64,000 bases of DNA, taken from the NCBI GenBank assembly GCA_020442185.1, contig JAGRKS010000010.1, positions 16,454-80,453 on the forward strand, written 5' to 3'. This document shows, in pieces, positions 39,963 to 47,948 of this stretch. The notes under the pieces were generated by a model. That model worked only from the letters and a program-made list of their open reading frames with translations. It did not search any database and was not told where the DNA came from. How positions within the stretch are numbered: position 1 is the first letter of the stretch; each line of letters starts with the position of its first letter. The translations under genes and the position numbers were made by a program. Source of the stretch: Hyphomicrobiaceae bacterium. Lineage in GTDB: Bacteria; Pseudomonadota; Alphaproteobacteria; Rhizobiales; Hyphomicrobiaceae.

Positions 39963-40895
39963 CTACTCCGTGGCCAGGGAATACTTGGCGGTGAACGTTG
40001 CGACCTCCTGACTGAGGCTCGCGCCGGAGCTCGGGCAGGAGACTTCCGCACGCTCCGGCGGAAGCAGTCGCGAACGCGACGCAAGCACGGCACTCGCCAT
40101 TTTGTCTTGCACCGAGCGGCACGTGTTGCTCGACACCACATCTTTCGGCAGAAGCGACGGATCGAGCATCTCGTTGATGCCGGCGAGCAGAACCTTGTAG
40201 GCCCCATCGGCCGTCAGCGCTTTGCGATCGGCGAAGCGGCAGGGGGTGCGCTCGAGTTTGCGCGCGGCACTGCGCCATTCCATGAGCATTGCGATGTTGG
40301 GATCCGCGGCGGCGGCATCCCCCATGCAGGCGGCGAGCGCGCAAAGTGTATCGTCGATGTCGGCGAGGGTCGAGGCGTCGCGCGGAATACTGCGGCGTGG
40401 GCAGGCGCGGTCGAGCGGTGCGATTTCGATGACGGAGGGTGGAGCAAGCGCGGTGACCGCCGCGATCTGTTTGGTGGCGGGCGGTGCAGCCGCGCCCGGC
40501 GGCGATGATCCGACGGGCGGGGCGGCGGCGACGGCCGGTGCCTGCAACGGGGCCTGCAGGGGCGATGATGGCGCCGATGCCACAGGCGCTGCCGCCGGCG
40601 ATGTTGCCGGTGCCGCCGCCTTCTTCAGTCGCGCCGCAGCCTTCTCGATGCTCTCCTCATTTGTAAGGATGGAGCAAACGCGAGCCATGGATGTTGTTCC
40701 ACCGTTCGCACGCGCTTGCGCAACGAGAGGCGCACACAAATCGATATCCAACTTGGTAAGGATCGGCGCGTGAAAGATCGTTGCGAGGCCAGTGAGCACC
40801 GTAGCAAGCGCTCCGAGGACGATACGAAGCGGATGCTTGATGTGTTTCTCGCCGCCTGGCTGCTCCCCGCCCTGCGTCTGCGATGACTTGCTCAT
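39963..40895 (-). CDS. Membrane-anchored protein with TonB/TolA-like architecture (N-terminal TM, Pro/Ala-rich spacer, Cys-containing C-terminal domain)
   Basis: Start ATG 40895 forms an ATGA overlap with the upstream stop. TM: HPLRIVLGALATVLTGLATIFHAPIL. Spacer: APATSPAAAPVASAPSSPLQAPLQAPAVAAAPPVGSSPPGAAAPPA. The C-terminal domain of about 170 aa has 6 Cys and no recognisable TonB_C motif. Confidence 0.55.
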   Translation of the reverse strand: MSKSSQTQGGEQPGGEKHIKHPLRIVLGALATVLTGLATIFHAPILTKLDIDLCAPLVAQARANGGTTSMARVCSILTNEESIEKAAARLKKAAAPATSPAAAPVASAPSSPLQAPLQAPAVAAAPPVGSSPPGAAAPPATKQIAAVTALAPPSVIEIAPLDRACPRRSIPRDASTLADIDDTLCALAACMGDAAAADPNIAMLMEWRSAARKLERTPCRFADRKALTADGAYKVLLAGINEMLDPSLLPKDVVSSNTCRSVQDKMASAVLASRSRLLPPERAEVSCPSSGASLSQEVATFTAKYSLATE

Positions 40896-41338
40896 TTCTC
40901 GTTCCCCGGTCCGCCTTGCAGGCTTACATCCCCATTTTCGCCGACGACCACGCGCAGCGGGCGGCACTTCTGGCGTGCGGCGCACTGATCAAAAACGATA
41001 TCACGCAACATCTGCGCCGTGCCGCCCGTCAACGCGACCTCGAACGTGCCACGCATGCCGCCCGGCTCCGACAGTTCGGCGCAAAAGGGACAGCCGACGT
41101 AGACCGCGCCTGACCAGCCTTCACCGCCGGTCGGTGTCCAGCCGGCGTCCTCGGATTGTGCGAAGCGGGCGCCCGACTGGTCGCGGAATACGAGGCGCGC
41201 GCCCGACTGCGGCAGGTGGTTGGCGGCGAACGTGATCTCGTAGACGTCCTTCTGACTGACCACGATGAGCATCACCATGAGCAGCATCAAAAGGTCCATC
41301 AGGATGACCAGGGGCGGATGCGATCGCGGCGCCTTCAT
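40892..41338 (-). CDS. ExbD/TolR-like protein
   Basis: 148 aa with a single N-terminal TM carrying the family-typical intramembrane Asp (PPLVILMDLLMLLMVMLIVV). The periplasmic domain has 4 Cys. Both ends form ATGA overlaps with neighbouring genes. Confidence 0.6.
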   Translation of the reverse strand: MKAPRSHPPLVILMDLLMLLMVMLIVVSQKDVYEITFAANHLPQSGARLVFRDQSGARFAQSEDAGWTPTGGEGWSGAVYVGCPFCAELSEPGGMRGTFEVALTGGTAQMLRDIVFDQCAARQKCRPLRVVVGENGDVSLQGGPGNEK

Positions 41339-42264
41339 GCTGGTGCGTCCTCAGCGGTCCGCGTCGGGGCAGAGGACGGCCCGTGGCCGCTGAGCCGGGC
41401 CGAGAACGTCGCGTAGACGAGGAGGTTGATGACGTAGATGAGGCCCCCGACGACCGTTGTGGCGGCCGCGTCGAAGAAGGCCTTGCTGAACATTTCACCC
41501 GAGATCACCGAGCCGGCAGACGCCGAAATGAAGCCCGAGAACGCGATCACCGTGCCGACGACACCAAGGATCGGCGGTGCGTTGATGGCCCAGTCGGCGA
41601 ACGAGGCGAGGGTCGGCGTTGCGATCCTGATCGAGGAGATCGACATCGTGAGATTGACGATGCCAAGCCAGAGGACCAGCGACAGGCAGAGTGTCAACGA
41701 CAGGTAATTCCACCACTGCGGACTTTTGACGATGGGGGTGAGGCCGGTGACGAGCCAATCGAGGACTGCCGGATGCGGCGATGCACTCTCTGCGTTTGCC
41801 GTCGTCGCCTTCGTCGACCGGGCGTTGCTGATCGGCTCCTGATCCGTCGTGGCGCCGATTGGCCGGCGCCCGCCGCTAGAGGTGGCGGCCGTTCCGCCTG
41901 GACCGGCGGATGCATCGCTCGGTTCGGCAATCTCGCCCATCAGAATCTTGTGTTGCCGCTCCAGCATCTTGACGCGGGCGTCGAATTCGGTGAGCGACAC
42001 CCGGCCGCCGGCCATGCCAGCGGTTGCTCCGCCAGCGGTTGCTGGACGAGAGGTGTCATGCGGCCCACTCATCGTTCTCCCGCCCTGCGCATCGGGCGTG
42101 CCTCTGGGGGGGGTGGTACGATCGGCCGGCGCGGGCGCCGTCGTGGTCACGGACTGGGGCGCCAGCATGCCGACTGCAACGAGATCGATCATGCCGACCA
42201 GCATGGCCGTCGAGAGCGTCATGGCCGCCAGAGCTGTCACCAGAAGTCCGGCGATACGCATCAT
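41335..42264 (-). CDS. MotA/TolQ/ExbB-family proton-channel-like protein with long N-terminal periplasmic extension
   Basis: 309 aa. The C-terminal 130 aa has three TM segments, with NAPPILGVVGTVIAFSG and AAATTVVGGLIYVINLLVYATF resembling the AP-LG-LGTV and TT-GL motifs of ExbB/TolQ. The N-terminus has a signal/anchor, a low-complexity region and a short coiled coil. Confidence 0.7.
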   Translation of the reverse strand: MMRIAGLLVTALAAMTLSTAMLVGMIDLVAVGMLAPQSVTTTAPAPADRTTPPRGTPDAQGGRTMSGPHDTSRPATAGGATAGMAGGRVSLTEFDARVKMLERQHKILMGEIAEPSDASAGPGGTAATSSGGRRPIGATTDQEPISNARSTKATTANAESASPHPAVLDWLVTGLTPIVKSPQWWNYLSLTLCLSLVLWLGIVNLTMSISSIRIATPTLASFADWAINAPPILGVVGTVIAFSGFISASAGSVISGEMFSKAFFDAAATTVVGGLIYVINLLVYATFSARLSGHGPSSAPTRTAEDAPA

Positions 42265-42857
42265 TCCCCCCGAAACTTGTCGATGTCTTTCGAGATTGCC
42301 GACAGTCCTTCGGTGAAAGCGGCTAGGCGCTTTTCGGACGCCTCCTTCTTGCGCTCGAACGAGCAGGAGTTGGTCATCTGGTTGCGCCAGGTGGCGAGGT
42401 ATCCATGCGTTTCCTCGATCACCGTAAACATTTTCAGCGCAGGCTCACGGCACATCGCGCCATTTTCGCGATCCGAGGACAACCGATCGAGGATAAAGAC
42501 GAGACCGCGGCGCACGCCGCCGCCGGAAAGCACACCCTGGGCCCACTCGTCGCACTGGTCGAGCTTGCTGATCGCGGCAAACCAGTCGCGGACCCAGCTT
42601 GCCGCTTCGCGCTGTTCTGCGGTGGCGGCACACTCCTGCAGTCGAACGATCGCCGCGTTTGGCATCTCGGTGTCGGGGATGGGCTTGGGATTGAAGCCGC
42701 GATAGCCGACCTCGGAGAACGGGCCGGTGCTGCTCGGCGCGGCGCGCGCGGGGAGGTTGAGATGCTCGGCCGATTGGCAGCCGCAGACAACGATACCGGC
42801 GGCGAGGATCAGCATGCTCGCGAAATAGCAACGGCTGCGGTCCCCTCCAGGCCTCAT
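42261..42857 (-). CDS. Putative lipoprotein, unknown function
   Basis: 198 aa. The hydrophobic N-terminus ends in AGIVVCGC (lipobox-like). The mature part has about 5 further Cys. Both ends form ATGA overlaps. Confidence 0.55.
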   Translation of the reverse strand: MRPGGDRSRCYFASMLILAAGIVVCGCQSAEHLNLPARAAPSSTGPFSEVGYRGFNPKPIPDTEMPNAAIVRLQECAATAEQREAASWVRDWFAAISKLDQCDEWAQGVLSGGGVRRGLVFILDRLSSDRENGAMCREPALKMFTVIEETHGYLATWRNQMTNSCSFERKKEASEKRLAAFTEGLSAISKDIDKFRGE

Positions 42858-44545
42858 CGACGTTCCTTGGGCTCGTCGTCGATGATCGTATCGCGAGGCA
42901 CGCCGCCGGAGCGGAGGTCACCCGCGCGGCGCTCCATCTCTCCGTCCGGTTTCACCAGCTTCACCGGCTTCAGGCTGCTGCGCGATACCCAGCCGACATC
43001 GTCGCCGATCTTGACGAAGGCCCACCGCTTCGGCTTCCCCCTCGCGCCATCGGAAGTGGCTCCGGCGTCCGCCGCTTCAGCCTCCTGATAGAGAACGCTG
43101 ACGGGTTGATCCGCAGCCAGCTTGTAGAGGGCCCTGGCCTTGTCGTAGGGGCGCGCGCGCAGGTTCGTGGACGCCGAGATCAACGCCGCGTGGGGCTCCT
43201 CCTGTCCCTTGCCGAGCAGATGCGATAGGAAGCCGCCCTTGGCCTCGGGCTTCGGGTATTCGATGAACGGGCCGATGTCGCTTTCCCGCAGCCAGACGAC
43301 CTCGTTCCGGCCGTGCACTGTGAACTGGCCCCAGTTGACGCCGAGACGCGCGACCCTTTCAAGGGCGTGTCCTGGCTGGACGGCGTAGGTGCCGCCCTTG
43401 TCACCGACGATTGCCGCGGCGATCTCGCGCCTGACGCCGTCATACTCATCGCCCTCCTGGCGCGTGACCGGCTGGGATCGAGGCAGATACGGTGCGGCCG
43501 CGATGGCCTTGCTGGAGATGCCGAGGTCCGTCAGAACCTCCGTCGCGGTCGCGATGACGCTCTTGGCAAGCGGTGCCGACAGCGGCTCCTGCCACTGGCC
43601 GACGATCGCGCCCGTCGACAGGTCGACAAGGTAGCTCGCCCCTTCGAGCGACGTCGCGGCGTCGATCATCGGCAAAGCGAGGATGGGCGCGGGACTGGCG
43701 GCCTCAGCGGTGGCGACCGGCAGGATGCCGGCGCGCAAAAGCGGTACGGACTGAGCCAGCAATTCGCCGGCGGCCTTGCGCTTCCAGAGCGACATGGCGT
43801 TGGCGACGACGAACGCCATCGTTGGCGCGGCGACGGACTGCTCGTCGCCAGACGTTGGCATGGCCTCTTTGACGAGGGCGGCGAGAGCTGCGACCACTTC
43901 GGATGGCGCCGCGGGAAACTGAGCCTGCTTCCACGCGGCCTTGAAGGTGGTGTCGTTACCGACGAGTTCCGCGGCGATGAGCGCTCCCTTGTCGACGAAA
44001 AGCACGCGATAGATCAGGCGGTCACCAGTGCCGAGGGTCAGCGGCGCGATTGCATTCCTGTCGGATTTGCCGATGCGGACCAGCCGGCCGTAGAGCGCCG
44101 CGGTCACGTCCTTGATTGGTCGGGTGCTGTCCGGGGAACTGGATTCGGTGCCGGCGATGGCGTCGGACAAGGCAACGGCGCGGGCGAGCAGACGAAGCGA
44201 CTCGAGCGTGTTCCCGCTCGCTTCTAGCGAGATTGCGTGTTGCAGGGCTTCGAGCACCCGGCTACGGGCGGAAAGCTCACCGGCCGGATCTTTGCCAGAG
44301 GCGGCGATTGTCGCGCCGCGCTCCTGGATCGCGGTGCTGGCAGCCTCGAGGGCGGCACCGGCCTGCTTCGCTGGTGCGGCAGCGGCGGCGGCAATCGCGC
44401 GATCGACGTCGGCCAGCGTGCGTGCTTGGGACGGCTGCGACACGGCCGCGAGACAGGCAACCAATGCCCACGCGATCGCGAGTGTACGAGCCGGAAGCCG
44501 CAACGGAGAGCCGACGAGGAATCTGGACATGCGCTCGGGACTCAT
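42854..44545 (-). CDS. Secreted protein, unknown function, with C-terminal SH3b-like domain
   Basis: 563 aa. Signal peptide: LAIAWALVACLAAVSQPSQA. The Ala-rich helical N-terminal region is followed by a C-terminal NLRARPYDKARALYKL...WAFVKIGDDVGWVSRSSL that resembles bacterial SH3 domains. The start is 2 nt after the upstream stop. Confidence 0.6.
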   Translation of the reverse strand: MSPERMSRFLVGSPLRLPARTLAIAWALVACLAAVSQPSQARTLADVDRAIAAAAAAPAKQAGAALEAASTAIQERGATIAASGKDPAGELSARSRVLEALQHAISLEASGNTLESLRLLARAVALSDAIAGTESSSPDSTRPIKDVTAALYGRLVRIGKSDRNAIAPLTLGTGDRLIYRVLFVDKGALIAAELVGNDTTFKAAWKQAQFPAAPSEVVAALAALVKEAMPTSGDEQSVAAPTMAFVVANAMSLWKRKAAGELLAQSVPLLRAGILPVATAEAASPAPILALPMIDAATSLEGASYLVDLSTGAIVGQWQEPLSAPLAKSVIATATEVLTDLGISSKAIAAAPYLPRSQPVTRQEGDEYDGVRREIAAAIVGDKGGTYAVQPGHALERVARLGVNWGQFTVHGRNEVVWLRESDIGPFIEYPKPEAKGGFLSHLLGKGQEEPHAALISASTNLRARPYDKARALYKLAADQPVSVLYQEAEAADAGATSDGARGKPKRWAFVKIGDDVGWVSRSSLKPVKLVKPDGEMERRAGDLRSGGVPRDTIIDDEPKERR

Positions 44546-44547
44546 CG

Positions 44548-45186
44548 TTAGTTCGTTGGGATAGATTTGTTGCGCGGATCAAATTTGACGAGTGTCCTTT
44601 TGGCTTCGTCAACTTCGCCGTTGAGCTTTTTCTCAAGTTCGTATTTCAAGCGGTCGCGGGCATTGGTGTCTGCTTCCTCCCCGAGAAATTTCACTTCGAG
44701 GGAGACGCGCTCGACAGCTTCCTCGACGCTTGCGAGAACCCGGCTGTGATGCCCCGTCAAGGCGACCATCCGCAACACTTCGGCGCTGCAGTCCTTTACC
44801 CGGGATGAAAGCTGGTTCAGCATTCTCGCGCTCAGGCCAGCTTGTTCGGCACGCGCCTTACGCGACTTGGTCAACTCGCATTCGGCGGCCGTGTTGTTGG
44901 CCTCGACGGCATATTTGCTGAACAGTTCAGCGGTCGCCGCCCATTTTGTGCTGATCGAATTTCCCTCGCCGATGCGCGATTGCATATCGCTGAACTCTTT
45001 GGTCAGCTTCTTGATCCGCTTGTCCAATTCCTGCTGCGACAGGCGCACCGAGCTAGCTGAGGGTGCCGCCGCCGCCGCGCCCGGCGGTTCGCTGCCGGTA
45101 ATGCGGGCGGGCGGCTCCTGCGCCAAGGCCAGCCCGACACCAGCTGAAAACATCATTGCTGTGGAAAGAAGCAGGGTCGCGCGCAT
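44548..45186 (-). CDS. Secreted coiled-coil protein, unknown function
   Basis: 212 aa. Signal peptide MRATLLLSTAMMFSAGVGLALAQ. The remainder is heptad-like and charged, with 2 Cys. Confidence 0.6.
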   Translation of the reverse strand: MRATLLLSTAMMFSAGVGLALAQEPPARITGSEPPGAAAAAPSASSVRLSQQELDKRIKKLTKEFSDMQSRIGEGNSISTKWAATAELFSKYAVEANNTAAECELTKSRKARAEQAGLSARMLNQLSSRVKDCSAEVLRMVALTGHHSRVLASVEEAVERVSLEVKFLGEEADTNARDRLKYELEKKLNGEVDEAKRTLVKFDPRNKSIPTN

Positions 45187-45234
45187 TGCTACACCAATAG
45201 CTTTCTCGAGTTTCCCACGTGACGCCGGAGCGCG

Positions 45235-45801
45235 TCAGTTCACCTTGCCAGGACACATGCGCCGGAGCGCATCGCGATCATCGTCGTAGCCGCTGAGTTC
45301 CTGCGAGAGCTTGTCGCGCTCATCGCGACACGTCGAAGCCAGCGCGGAACCCTGGCGGGCGCTGCCGCAACTCTGCTCGAGGCTGGTGAGCAGCTTGCGG
45401 GTATCCTGTTCCTGCCGAGCGATGCCTTGGAGGACACTCGCCACGCCGCCGCACTTGCCTTCCGCGATGATGTCAGTCAGCTGGGCACGCGCAATCCTGA
45501 AGCGCTGGGCGCTCTGGCGAGCCTGGTTGACCATCTCCCGCAGGGTCTCGCGCTCCTTTTCGATGGCGTTCGCGGCGTCCTGATCCTTGATGTCGTCGAG
45601 GACACCGGCTGGGCCGCGGCGGGTAGCACCCTGGCGGGGTGGCGCCGGCTCGGCCGTCGCGCCGCCAGCGGGTGCCGCTTGCGCGGGCTCATCGGCTGGC
45701 GGTGGCGGATTGGACTGCGCGGTGCTGACGCGCGCCAAGCCGGTCATCAGCACGAGACCGAGGATGATGGCCGGAACAGCAGTCGGTTTCTTCGAAAACA
45801 T
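45235..45801 (-). CDS. Secreted coiled-coil protein, unknown function
   Basis: 188 aa. Signal peptide AVPAIILGLVLMTGLARVSTAQ, then a Pro/Ala-rich linker, then helical charged sequence with 4 Cys. Confidence 0.6.
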   Translation of the reverse strand: MFSKKPTAVPAIILGLVLMTGLARVSTAQSNPPPPADEPAQAAPAGGATAEPAPPRQGATRRGPAGVLDDIKDQDAANAIEKERETLREMVNQARQSAQRFRIARAQLTDIIAEGKCGGVASVLQGIARQEQDTRKLLTSLEQSCGSARQGSALASTCRDERDKLSQELSGYDDDRDALRRMCPGKVN

Positions 45802-45816
45802 GGGCCTTCCTGACGC

Positions 45817-46515
45817 TCAGTTGATGTTCGAAGCCGGCGACGCGAGACGCGCCGCGTCCGGCGGCTCCATGCGTTCTGCGGTCTCCTTGGGCGGGGCCCG
45901 GCCGGAAATGCGCAGAAACAGCACGTCGCCGATGTGCACCAATCCCGACCACGACAGCTCCGAGGGGAATTCGGTCTTGTAGAAGGTGATCCGCTCGCGA
46001 TCGACGAAGACGGTGTCCTTGTCGCCGCAACGCGCGCGCTCGCGGAATTGGTCCTTGGGGACAGGCTCGTAGCGGACGGGCAGACCTGGGATGTCGTCAC
46101 GTACGGCCTGTGTCGCGCCAACCGCGATCTCGGCGGGGAAAGCGGCGGCGGTATCTTTGACGAGGCGTGCGTGCAGCAGGCTGGCATCGATAGCGTTGCC
46201 GCGCCATGCCTTGGCGTTTTCACCGATCGCCCGCAGAGCATCCTTGAACGATGCCGTCAGGTATGGCGCCTTCGCTGGCATGCGGTAGGCAATGCAGATC
46301 GGCAGCGCCTTGGCGAGCGAGCGAACCTTCATCATTTCGAAGCGCCGTTCGACCGATGCGACCTCCGTGCCACCGCTATTGAGTGCGTCGCGAATGGAGT
46401 TGGTCTGCAGCGGCGCTCCGTTCGAGGATGCGCAGCCCGCGATCGCGAGGCCGGCACCGACAACGACGGCGGCAGCTGGCGTCAGGTGCAACCGGGCGCG
46501 CATTAGGGATCGCAT
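45817..46515 (-). CDS. Putative lipoprotein, unknown function
   Basis: The maximal ORF runs to 46584. ATG 46515 (MRSLMRARLHL...) gives a classical lipoprotein signal ending in the LAIAGC lipobox. Confidence 0.6.
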   Translation of the reverse strand: MRSLMRARLHLTPAAAVVVGAGLAIAGCASSNGAPLQTNSIRDALNSGGTEVASVERRFEMMKVRSLAKALPICIAYRMPAKAPYLTASFKDALRAIGENAKAWRGNAIDASLLHARLVKDTAAAFPAEIAVGATQAVRDDIPGLPVRYEPVPKDQFRERARCGDKDTVFVDRERITFYKTEFPSELSWSGLVHIGDVLFLRISGRAPPKETAERMEPPDAARLASPASNIN

Positions 46516-46640
46516 CCGGCCGCCTGCGGCTCGAACGCCCCGTAATGCAACGATGCCAGTGCCTGCCTTGCCTTCGATCCCCATCGCTGTTGTCTGCCCC
46601 TTTCGGCATGTTCGTGCGAACCAAGGAACGTCATTCCGGC

Positions 46641-47516
46641 TTAAAGCGTTGCTTGTTGCCCAGCCTGCTGCGGCTGCACGAGCCAGTTGCCATCGGCTTG
46701 CTTGCAGCCTCGGAACGTACCTTCTTCGGCCTTCTGCCCGCCCTTGAGGATCTCGTAGTTCAGGTCGCGGCAGGTGGTGGTGACGGAGACGTCGCTCGCG
46801 ATCATGCCACTGCCGGCCACAGGTTCGGCCGTTGGCGCTGCCGCGGTAACGATCGTGGACATCGGCGCATTCGCGGACGGAGTGAGTTTGCCGGATGCAA
46901 CGTAGCCGACCGTGACGTTGTTGCGACTGACGACGTACCAGGGTTGTCCGGTGACCTGGCCGACGACCATGATCTCCTCACCCTTCTTGAGATGGCCGAC
47001 ACTTGTGCCGCCGGAACCCGGCCGAGAGCGGATGTCGGATTTGCCGTTGGCGCGGTAGGACGCCGCGATGAGATCGAGTCCCGGCGGCGCATCTACGATG
47101 GAGGGCCGCAACATGCGGGTCTGCGAGACATAAGATTGCGGCGCGTTCGGCGTGTAGTTGGCGACGGCCGATTGATCCGGCGTGGTCCAGGTGTGCTTCT
47201 GGCCGGCCTTGCCTTGGCTCATTCCGAGCGCGAACTTCTGATGGGCGATGCGACGATTTTCGGGACTCAAGGAGTGGCCGATCTCGTAGCCGATCATCCC
47301 GCCGATGGCCGATCCGATGAGCGCACCTGCGATCATGCCGCCGCGACCGCCAAAATGCCGCCCGATAGCACCGCCGACGACGGCACCCGTGACCATGCCT
47401 GTCCCTTGGCCGACCTGGGCAGTATTCCCGCCAGCGCATCCCCCGAGGGCGAGCGTGGCACCGCATAGCAATATTATCGAGCGGTGTTGCCACCGCTTTG
47501 CTGCAATGAATTGCAC
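46641..47516 (-). CDS. Lipoprotein with glycine-zipper (17-kDa surface-antigen-like) segment and SH3b-like domain
   Basis: The maximal ORF starts at GTG 47558. GTG 47516 gives (M)QFIAAKRWQHRSIILLCGATLALGGC, a textbook lipoprotein signal. Gly-zipper: GAVVGGAIGRHFGGRGGMIAGALIGSAIGGMIG. SH3b-like: IRSRPGSGGTSVGHLKKGEEIMVVGQVTGQPWYVV. Confidence 0.7.
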   Translation of the reverse strand: MQFIAAKRWQHRSIILLCGATLALGGCAGGNTAQVGQGTGMVTGAVVGGAIGRHFGGRGGMIAGALIGSAIGGMIGYEIGHSLSPENRRIAHQKFALGMSQGKAGQKHTWTTPDQSAVANYTPNAPQSYVSQTRMLRPSIVDAPPGLDLIAASYRANGKSDIRSRPGSGGTSVGHLKKGEEIMVVGQVTGQPWYVVSRNNVTVGYVASGKLTPSANAPMSTIVTAAAPTAEPVAGSGMIASDVSVTTTCRDLNYEILKGGQKAEEGTFRGCKQADGNWLVQPQQAGQQATL

Positions 47517-47948
47517 GCCTACCCCCCCACAATGACGCTTGCGCACCCCGTAACGCACCGTTCCCGGAATTAACTATTCGATATCCAACTTATCGCCGTC
47601 AACATCCATTTGACTGAGGAGGCTTCGCGATCCGCTCGCAGTCTCTGACGGCACACACTTCACATGGGGGGGGCTCGTCACATTGGGGCTGCGAGATTTC
47701 GCATAAACGGGGGTGGCATCAGCTTCACCAAGTTCTCTTCCGGCTAGGTCTGCCATCTCGTGGTCCAACGAGCATGCCGCCGCCAGTCGGAAGGCATAAC
47801 GGTCTACGTTTCAATGCAATTTCCGAGATCGCGGCCGACGACAATGCCAACCGGAAGATGGCCGATTCTGTCCGGGCGACGACCCGCCCCGCAACAGGAT
47901 CGAGAAGGCCGACCGAGATACTCGAGATGCGGCGATGGGCTTGCCGCA

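Noticed and set aside
40892-42264. MotA/ExbB-like plus ExbD-like pair considered as a Zorya-type (ZorAB) anti-phage stator.
   Set aside because: ZorA has a long C-terminal tail and ZorB a peptidoglycan-binding domain, and Zorya loci carry ZorC/D or ZorE effectors. Here the extension is N-terminal and periplasmic, the partner is ExbD-like without an OmpA-like domain, and no nuclease or helicase-type effector is present.
47574-47768. 64-aa minus-strand ORF in the gap between the peroxidase gene and the nine-gene operon.
   Set aside because: No RBS, no hydrophobic or recognisable motif, and acidic low-complexity content. It is more likely part of the operon's promoter/leader region.
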